DNA of 64,000 bases from Mycobacteriales bacterium (lineage in GTDB: Bacteria; Actinomycetota; Actinomycetes; Mycobacteriales; HKI-0501), in assembly GCA_036402915.1 (NCBI GenBank), contig DASWRY010000022.1, forward strand, positions 19,629 to 83,628. Direction: 5' to 3'. Positions 58,000 to 64,000 of this stretch are shown piece after piece; the first letter of the stretch is position 1, and each line of letters begins with the position of its first letter. Below the pieces are notes generated by a model that saw nothing but the letters and a program-made list of their open reading frames with translations, searched no databases and was not told the DNA's origin. Both the position numbers and the translations under genes were made by a program.

Positions 58000-59510
58000 C
58001 AGTAGGCCCCCGAGGTCCTGACCAGGGCGGTGATCGTGCGGAGCAGGATCACCAGGTCGAATGTCAGCGACCAGTTTTCCACGTACCGCAGGTCGAGTCG
58101 CACGGAGTCCTCCCACGAGAGGTCCGAACGGCCGCTGACCTGCCACAACCCGGTCAGTCCGGGCTTCACCACGAGCCGCCGGCGGACGTCCTCCGGGTAC
58201 TGCGCCACCTCGCACGGCAGGGGCGGGCGCGGCCCCACCAGGCTCATCTGGCCGCGCAGGACGTTGAGGAACTGCGGGAGCTCGTCCAGGGAGTAGCGGC
58301 GGAGCCACCGGCCCAGAGGCGTGACGCGGGGGTCGTCCCGCATCTTGAACAGCACGCCGTCGGCCTCGTTGTGCCCGTTCAGCTCCTCCTGGTGCTCCTC
58401 CGCGCCGGAGTACATCGTCCGGAGCTTGTAGAGCACGAACTCGCGCCCGTCCTTCCCCACCCGGACCTGCCGGAAGAATGCGGGACCCGGGGTCGCCCGC
58501 CGTACGACGAGGGCCAGGACGAGGAGCAGCGGCCCGGCGACGAGCAGCGCGAGCGCCGCGAGGACCCGGTCGAACATGCCCTTGAGCAGCCGCCGGCTCC
58601 CGGACAGCTCGGCGTGCTCGACGTGCAGCATCGGCAGGCCGTCCACCGGCCGGATCGTGGTCCGGGGCCCCGCGACGTCGAGGAGCGCGGTGGCGACCAC
58701 GAGGTCGGTACCGGTCCGCTCGAGCGCCCAGGTCAGCCGGCGCAGGGCGTTCGCGTCCATCTCCGGGCAGGCGAGGACCGCCACGGTGTCGGCCCCGGAT
58801 TCCCGCACCGCCCGGTCCACGTCGTCGAACGTGCCGAACACGGCCACGTCCACGTCCACCATCCGCTCTCGCTGCGGCCGGTGCGGCGGCAGGCACGCGC
58901 CCACGATCTCCATGCCGTGGTACCGCTCGTGGCGGAGCTGGCGGCAGAAGTTCGCGGCCGCCCGTTCGTACCCGAGCACGACCACGCGCCGCATGCACTC
59001 CCCGCGGTTGCGCAGCCGGAACAGCCGCCGCCGCAGGGCGAAGCGGGCGGCGAGCCCGCCCACCGTGAGCAGCGGCAGCGCGACGAACACGTAGCCGCGG
59101 GCGATCTGGAGGTCGGCGGCGTACGACACGATCGCGAACGCCGCGGTCAGCCCGACACCGGCGTTGAGCACCCGGCGGTACTCCTCGTTGCCGACGAAGA
59201 GGAAGCGCCGCTCGTACGCGTGCGCGAGCAGCAGCGCCACCGTCCAGCCGAGCGGCAGGAGCAGGCTCACGGCGACGTACGGCTCGCTGGCCGGTGTGAT
59301 GCGCCAGAACCGGGCGGCGAACGCCACCACGCCCGCGAGGACGCCCGCCCCGACGTCCACGGCGGCGGCCTGCGCGAGGTAGGCCCGTTGCCACGAGCCC
59401 CCGGCCCGGGCAGCGTGCCGCGCCAGCGCGCCGACGCGGAGATCCCCCCGCCTGTGCTCCCCCGGCCGTGCCGCCGGTCTCTCCGGTTCCGCGACGCCGA
59501 ACGTCGTCAC
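57999..59510 (-). CDS. polyprenyl-phosphate glycosyl-1-phosphate transferase (WbaP/CpsE-type priming enzyme)
   Basis: GTG at 59510 lies 6 nt after GGAGGGGG. Four to five N-terminal TM segments and a central Rossmann-like region precede the Bac_transf domain (FRQVRVG, YKLRTM, DELPQFLNVLRGQMSLVGPRP). Confidence 0.85.
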   Translation of the reverse strand: MTTFGVAEPERPAARPGEHRRGDLRVGALARHAARAGGSWQRAYLAQAAAVDVGAGVLAGVVAFAARFWRITPASEPYVAVSLLLPLGWTVALLLAHAYERRFLFVGNEEYRRVLNAGVGLTAAFAIVSYAADLQIARGYVFVALPLLTVGGLAARFALRRRLFRLRNRGECMRRVVVLGYERAAANFCRQLRHERYHGMEIVGACLPPHRPQRERMVDVDVAVFGTFDDVDRAVRESGADTVAVLACPEMDANALRRLTWALERTGTDLVVATALLDVAGPRTTIRPVDGLPMLHVEHAELSGSRRLLKGMFDRVLAALALLVAGPLLLVLALVVRRATPGPAFFRQVRVGKDGREFVLYKLRTMYSGAEEHQEELNGHNEADGVLFKMRDDPRVTPLGRWLRRYSLDELPQFLNVLRGQMSLVGPRPPLPCEVAQYPEDVRRRLVVKPGLTGLWQVSGRSDLSWEDSVRLDLRYVENWSLTFDLVILLRTITALVRTSGAY

Positions 59511-59848
59511 AGCGCACCCCCTCCGTGGCGCTGTCCGGTGGGTCCCAGGCCGTGCCACCGCACCGATCGGGAGTCAGACCGTAGGTGCGCCGCCGGTACA
59601 CGGTCCGTGCTCTGTCGCGGTTCCGACGGAACACTTGACCGATCGGTAGGGGAAACCACGCCGTGGCTCCACTGTGACGCTCTGTAGCGATGGTCGGACC
59701 GTTTGTTCAGTTTGGGGACACGATCGAGCCAGCCTAGCCATCCGAACGACGTCCCAGAATGCGCCGAGCGGCCGGAAGATGCGCGCTCGAGACCCAAATC
59801 GGACGGAATTACGGAGGGTAGCCACAGCCCGTGCCGTGGAGGTGACGC

Positions 59849-60427
59849 TCAGCTTCCGTGGAACGCGTTCTGGGCCGCCTCGAGGCCCTGCGCCACGAGC
59901 GCCTCGACCGCGTCCGCGGCGTGGTCCACGACCAGCGGCAGGTCCTTGCGCTCGGCCGCGGAGAAGTCCCGGAGAACGAAGTCGGCGGGGTCCTGGCGGC
60001 CCGGCGGGCGGCCGATGCCGACACGGACCCGGAGGTACCCGGGCCCGCCGGCGGACCCCGAGATCGACCGGAGGCCGTTGTGGCCGTTGTCGCCGCCGCC
60101 GAGCTTCAGGCGGACCGTGCCGTAGGGCAGGTCGAGCTCGTCGTGGACCACGATCACGTGGTCCAGCGGCACCTTGTGGAACTGCCGGAGTCCCGCCACC
60201 GGGCCGCCCGAGGAGTTCATGTACGAGCGCGGCTTGGCGAGGACCACGCGACTGCCCGCGAGCCGGCCCTCCACGACGTCCGCGCGCCCCTTGTGGCTCT
60301 TGAAGCGCCCCCCGACCCGCTCCGCGAGCAGGTCCGCGACCATCGCACCGGCGTTGTGGCGGTTGCCCGCATACGACGGGCCGGGGTTCCCCAGACCCAC
60401 GACGAGATACGGCTGCTCGTCGGTCAT
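59849..60427 (-). CDS. pth: peptidyl-tRNA hydrolase
   Basis: Seen: [21 protein letters not shown] and GHNGLRS. Confidence 0.9.
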   Translation of the reverse strand: MTDEQPYLVVGLGNPGPSYAGNRHNAGAMVADLLAERVGGRFKSHKGRADVVEGRLAGSRVVLAKPRSYMNSSGGPVAGLRQFHKVPLDHVIVVHDELDLPYGTVRLKLGGGDNGHNGLRSISGSAGGPGYLRVRVGIGRPPGRQDPADFVLRDFSAAERKDLPLVVDHAADAVEALVAQGLEAAQNAFHGS

Positions 60428-60465
60428 CAGGGGATCCCCGGCCCGTCGGTGGGAGTGCTACGAGG

Positions 60466-61104
60466 TCAGGACGCGGTGCCGGCGTCGCCCGCCGCCTGCG
60501 GGGCGGTGTGCTCGACGCCCAGACCGGCCTCGGAGGAGGCCAGGTCGGCCTCGACCGCCTCGGCGCTCGGCGCGGCGACGACACCCACGACCAGCGTCTC
60601 GGGCTCGGTCACGAGCGTGGTGCCGGCCGGCAGGCGGACATCGGAGGCGGCGATGTGGCTGCCGACCTCGAGGCCCGAGATGTCGACCTCCACCGAGTCG
60701 GGGATGTGGGTCGCCTCGGCCTCGACGGTCAGCGTGTTGAGGTCCTGGTTCACCAGGCCGCCCGCGGCGGGCTCGCCGGTGAGGACGATCGGGAGCTCGA
60801 CGGTGACCTTCTCGCCGCGGCGGACGAGCAGCAGGTCGACGTGGTCGAAGGTGCCCTTGATCGGGTCGCGCTGGATCGCCTTCGGCAGGGCCAGCTCGTC
60901 GCCGCCCTCGAGTGCCACGGTGAGCAGCGTGTTGATGCCGCCCCGGATCGCGAAGGCGAAGTCGCGGGCCGGCAGGGCGATGTGCCGCGGCTCGGTGCCG
61001 TGGCCGTAGAGGACGGCAGGGATCTTCCCGGCCCGACGGGTACGGCGGGCGCCGCCCTTGCCGAACTCGGTGCGGGGCTCGGCGGAGATACGGACCTCGG
61101 ACAC
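60466..61104 (-). CDS. rplY: 50S ribosomal protein L25 / general stress protein Ctc form
   Basis: GTG at 61104 follows GAGGAG. Seen: GKGGARRTRRAGKIPAVLYGHG, and a C-terminal acidic/Ala extension. Confidence 0.9.
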   Translation of the reverse strand: MSEVRISAEPRTEFGKGGARRTRRAGKIPAVLYGHGTEPRHIALPARDFAFAIRGGINTLLTVALEGGDELALPKAIQRDPIKGTFDHVDLLLVRRGEKVTVELPIVLTGEPAAGGLVNQDLNTLTVEAEATHIPDSVEVDISGLEVGSHIAASDVRLPAGTTLVTEPETLVVGVVAAPSAEAVEADLASSEAGLGVEHTAPQAAGDAGTAS

Positions 61105-61296
61105 GGTGGAAACTCCTCGTAGCGCGGGAAATGCGGGGGTCGTCGGCGCACCCGGGCGGGCACGTATGACATGACCACCGCGTCGATCACGGAAGCTCGT
61201 GAGCGTCCCTCGCCGGGCAACCCCGCAATACTAGACGATCGGGGTCGCCGCCACCGAACCGGGCCGGTGCCTCCGGCGGGGGCCGCCAGGAGGTGG

Positions 61297-62277
61297 CTAG
61301 GCCGTACCGCCGAACATCGACGTCACCGAGCCGTCCGAGAACACCTCGTGGATCGCGCGCGCGACCAGCGGGGCGATCGAGACGACCGTGAGCTTGTCGA
61401 GCTGCTTCTCCGGCGGGACCGGGAGGGTGTTCGTCAGCACGATCTCGCTGATCCGGCTGTTCTTGAGGCGCTCGGTCGCCGGGTCGGAGAGGACGCCGTG
61501 CGTGGCCGCCACGACGACGTCGGCGGCACCCGCGTCGAACAGCGCCTCCGCGGCCTTGGTGATCGTGCCGCCGGTGTCGATCATGTCGTCGACCACGACG
61601 CAGACACGGCCCTCGACCTCGCCGACGACACGGTTCGCGACGACCTGGTTCGGCGTCAGCGGGTCGCGGGTCTTGTGGATGAACGCCAGCGGGCACCCGC
61701 CGAGCAGGTCCGCCCAGCGCTCCGCGACACGGACACGGCCGGAGTCGGGGGCGACGACGGCGAGCTCCCGGCCGGCGTACGCCTGCTGGACGTGCTCGGC
61801 CAGCAGCGGCAGCGCGAACAGGTGGTCGACCGGGCCGTTGAAGAAGCCCTGGATCTGCGAGGTGTGCAGGTCGACGGTGAGGATGCGGTTCGCGCCGGCG
61901 GTCTTGTACAGGTCGGCGAGGAGCCGCGCCGAGATCGGCTCGCGGCCGCGGTGCTTCTTGTCCTGGCGGGCGTACGGGTAGAACGGCAGGACCACGGTGA
62001 TCCGCTTCGCGGAGCCGCGCTTGAGCGCGTCCACCATGATCAGCGACTCCATCACCCACTCGTTGATGGGCGTGGTCATGCTCTGCACGACGAAGGCGTC
62101 GCTGCCGCGCACCGACTCCTCGTACCGGACGAAGATCTCGCCGTTGGCGAAGGAGTACGCCGAGGTGGGGGTCGGCGCGACGCCGAGGTGCACACCGATC
62201 TCGTCGGCCAGCTCGGGGTACGCCCGGCCCGAGAAGAGCATCAGGTTCTTGCGGTTCTCGAGCTGGATGCCGCTCAC
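61297..62277 (-). CDS. prs: ribose-phosphate pyrophosphokinase
   Basis: Seen: [16 protein letters not shown] and DLH..QIQGFF. The start overlaps the glmU stop by 4 nt. Confidence 0.95.
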   Translation of the reverse strand: MSGIQLENRKNLMLFSGRAYPELADEIGVHLGVAPTPTSAYSFANGEIFVRYEESVRGSDAFVVQSMTTPINEWVMESLIMVDALKRGSAKRITVVLPFYPYARQDKKHRGREPISARLLADLYKTAGANRILTVDLHTSQIQGFFNGPVDHLFALPLLAEHVQQAYAGRELAVVAPDSGRVRVAERWADLLGGCPLAFIHKTRDPLTPNQVVANRVVGEVEGRVCVVVDDMIDTGGTITKAAEALFDAGAADVVVAATHGVLSDPATERLKNSRISEIVLTNTLPVPPEKQLDKLTVVSIAPLVARAIHEVFSDGSVTSMFGGTA

Positions 62278-63743
62278 GGTGTGCCGTTCCCCTCAACCTG
62301 GACTGACGGAGTGTCGGAGCTGCGTGCGCGGGCCGCCGCGTCCGCCGCCGGTGTGCCGGGGCGGCGGCTCTCGACCCACCCCTCGATGTTGCGCTGTGCA
62401 CCGCCGGAGACCGCGAGGGCGCCCGGCGGGACGTCCCTCCTCACGACGGTACCCGCACCTGTGTACGCACCATCACCAACAGTGACCGGTGCCACGAACA
62501 TGTTGTCCGAGCCCGTCCGGCAGTGGCTGCCGATCGTGGTGTGGTGCTTGTCCACGCCGTCGTAGTTCACGAAGACCGACGCGGCGCCGATGTTGGTCTT
62601 CTCGCCGATCGTCGCGTCCCCCACGTACGACAGGTGCGGGACCTTGCTGCCCGCGCCGATCGTGGCGTTCTTGGTCTCGACGAACGTGCCGATCTTGCCG
62701 CCGTCGCCCAGGTCCGTGCCCGGGCGCAGGTATGCGAACGGCCCCACGGTCGCACCGGGGCCGACCCGGGCGCCCAGAGCATGGGTACGGATGACGGTCG
62801 CGCCGGCCTCGACCACCGTGTCGGTGAGCGTGGAGTCCGGGCCCACCGTCGCGCCCGCGGCGACGACGGTGGTGCCGTGCAGCTGGACGCCGGGCAGCAG
62901 CGTCGCGTCGGGCTCGACCGTGGCGGTGACGTCGATCCACACCGTCGCGGGGTCGACCATCGTCACACCGGAGCGCAGGAGGTCGGTCAGGATCCGGTCG
63001 TTGAGCAGCCGCCCGAGGGTGGCGAGCTCGTACCGGTCGTTGCAGCCGAGGGTCTCGATGACGTCCGGGGCCGTGTACGCGCCGACCGGCTTCCCGTCGC
63101 CGACGAGGATGCCGACCACGTCGGTGAGGTACTCCTCGCCCTGTGCGTTGTCGGTGGAGACGCGGCCGAGGGCGTCGGCGAGCAGCGCGCCGTCGAACGC
63201 GTAGATCCCGGCGTTGAACTCGGTGATCTGCCGCTGCTCCGGGGAGCAGTCCTTCTCCTCGACGATGCCGGTCACGGCGCCGGTGTCGTCACGGACCATG
63301 CGGCCGAGACCGGTCGGGTCCGGGACCTCGCCGCTCAGCACGGTGGCGGCGCGACCCCGGGCGACGTGGTCGTCGACGAACGCGCGGAGGGTCTCGGTGC
63401 TCAGCAGCGGCACATCGCCGTTGAGCACCACGACGGTGCCGGTGGCGCCGTCCGCCAGCGCGTCGAGCGCGACCCGGACGGCGTGGCCGGTCCCGCGCTG
63501 CTCGGTCTGCGTGACGGGCCGGGCGTACGGCGCGACCTCGGCGAGGTGGTCCGCGACCCGCCCCGCCTCGTGACCGACGACGACGAGCGTCCGCTCCGCC
63601 CCGAGCGGCTCCGCGGCGGCGAGGACGTGGCCCAGCAACGTGCGGCCGCCGATCGCGTGGAGGACCTTCGGCTGCGCGGAGCGCATCCGCGTGCCCTTCC
63701 CGGCCGCGAGGACCACGACCGTATCCGGACGGGCCTGGGACAC
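62274..63743 (-). CDS. glmU: bifunctional UDP-N-acetylglucosamine pyrophosphorylase / glucosamine-1-phosphate N-acetyltransferase
   Basis: GTG at 63743 follows [16 protein letters not shown] is present. The C-terminal half is a left-handed beta-helix with hexapeptide repeats. Confidence 0.9.
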   Translation of the reverse strand: MSQARPDTVVVLAAGKGTRMRSAQPKVLHAIGGRTLLGHVLAAAEPLGAERTLVVVGHEAGRVADHLAEVAPYARPVTQTEQRGTGHAVRVALDALADGATGTVVVLNGDVPLLSTETLRAFVDDHVARGRAATVLSGEVPDPTGLGRMVRDDTGAVTGIVEEKDCSPEQRQITEFNAGIYAFDGALLADALGRVSTDNAQGEEYLTDVVGILVGDGKPVGAYTAPDVIETLGCNDRYELATLGRLLNDRILTDLLRSGVTMVDPATVWIDVTATVEPDATLLPGVQLHGTTVVAAGATVGPDSTLTDTVVEAGATVIRTHALGARVGPGATVGPFAYLRPGTDLGDGGKIGTFVETKNATIGAGSKVPHLSYVGDATIGEKTNIGAASVFVNYDGVDKHHTTIGSHCRTGSDNMFVAPVTVGDGAYTGAGTVVRRDVPPGALAVSGGAQRNIEGWVESRRPGTPAADAAARARSSDTPSVQVEGNGTP

Positions 63744-63810
63744 GCGGAACTCCCCTCGGGCGGGTGTGGACGACCCATGGTATCGAGCGCCCCCGTGGCG
63801 TCGCGCCGCG

Positions 63811-63889
63811 CTCCCGGGGTAGGAATCGAACCTACGTCGCTTGTCCAGGTTCAAAGCCTGGCGGCCCCTGCCAACAGAGCAACCCGGGA
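63811..63889 (-). tRNA. tRNA-Gln(UUG)-like gene, atypically long (79 nt by hand fold)
   Basis: Hand fold: acceptor TCCCGGG/CCCGGGA, anticodon stem CCAGG/CCTGG with loop CTTTGAA, T-arm GTAGG-TTCGATT-CCTAC. One extra nucleotide precedes the anticodon stem and the variable region is 9 nt. Confidence 0.6.
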
Positions 63890-63954
63890 ATGGTGGCTGC
63901 CAGGGTACGCGTCGGCCGTGGGGCGCGGGCGGCTCGGACACGTCTCGCCTGGCT

Positions 63955-63985
63955 ACCTACGCGCACGTAGGTTACGGTTGCGTAA
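63955..63985. promoter_or_regulatory. two adjacent inverted repeats (ACCTACG-cgca-CGTAGGT and TTACG-gttg-CGTAA) at the window edge
   Basis: They occupy 63955-63972 and 63972-63985, in non-coding DNA upstream of the tRNA/glmU region. The gene context to the right lies outside the window. Confidence 0.25.
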
Positions 63986-64000
63986 GGACGACCGAGTGCG

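Noticed and set aside
59655-59850. Direct repeats CCGTGG...GTGACGCTC at about 59661-59683 and 59834-59850, considered as att-like island borders.
   Set aside because: Only 6+9 nt match, the spacing is variable, both copies lie at the same end of the island, and there is no integrase. This is too weak to call.
61228-61233. A -10-like TAGTAT (minus strand) about 125 nt upstream of rplY, with a hairpin after prs, considered as promoter and leader for L25.
   Set aside because: It is a single hexamer match with no convincing -35. The evidence is too weak to list as a feature.

Overview
Very GC-rich, almost fully coding chromosomal window from an actinobacterium (Actinomycetota). All calls below come from reading the ORF-track translations and the DNA by eye; no searches were run.

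The regions 1-37.3 kb and 59.8-64 kb are core genes:
- an ABC exporter pair
- a PAS-GGDEF cyclase
- cystathionine beta-synthase
- two tandem SGNH hydrolases and a thiolase
- a livJHMGF-type branched-chain amino-acid ABC importer
- a BI-1 family protein and tRNA-Leu
- type II NADH dehydrogenase
- a family-5 uracil-DNA glycosylase and a dienelactone hydrolase
- a membrane GGDEF cyclase
- ppx, a DUF501 protein, an ftsB-like gene and eno
- a hemerythrin-like protein and a DUF885 protein
- mazG, a lipoprotein and mfd
- ppc and an F420-type LLM oxidoreductase
- pth, rplY, prs, glmU and a tRNA-Gln-like gene

The order ppx...eno...mazG...mfd // pth-rplY-prs-glmU matches the conserved mycobacterial-type neighbourhood. 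Between mfd and pth it is interrupted by ppc, the LLM oxidoreductase and a ~22 kb accessory island (37.6-59.5 kb).

The island is the best candidate for an undescribed system. It looks like a Wzx/Wzy-type glycan assembly locus and contains:
- a priming polyprenyl-phosphate sugar transferase
- a split Alg14/Alg13-type GT, a GT2 and a GT14 'Branch' enzyme
- a flippase, a Wzy-like polymerase and a PCP with a degenerate kinase domain
- its own PAPS supply and recycling set: cysD, cysN, a two-domain cysC, cysQ and a TauE-family anion exporter
- two sulfotransferase domains, one heparan-sulfate-type and one fused to the Alg13-like GT half
- an APH-like kinase
- a GH26-like lipoprotein and a 967-aa secreted beta-propeller/PKD protein

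I infer a sulfated, possibly also phosphorylated, cell-surface polysaccharide pathway.

Other observations:
- a 17-nt tandem repeat forms a chain of GTGA stop-start mini-ORFs between the hydrolase and the glycosylase
- an ABC exporter pair carries three NBDs for two TMDs
- several in-frame tandem repeats lie inside island genes
- several operator-like palindromes and a G-quadruplex motif lie in intergenic DNA

No CRISPR array, transposase, integrase or rRNA was seen.
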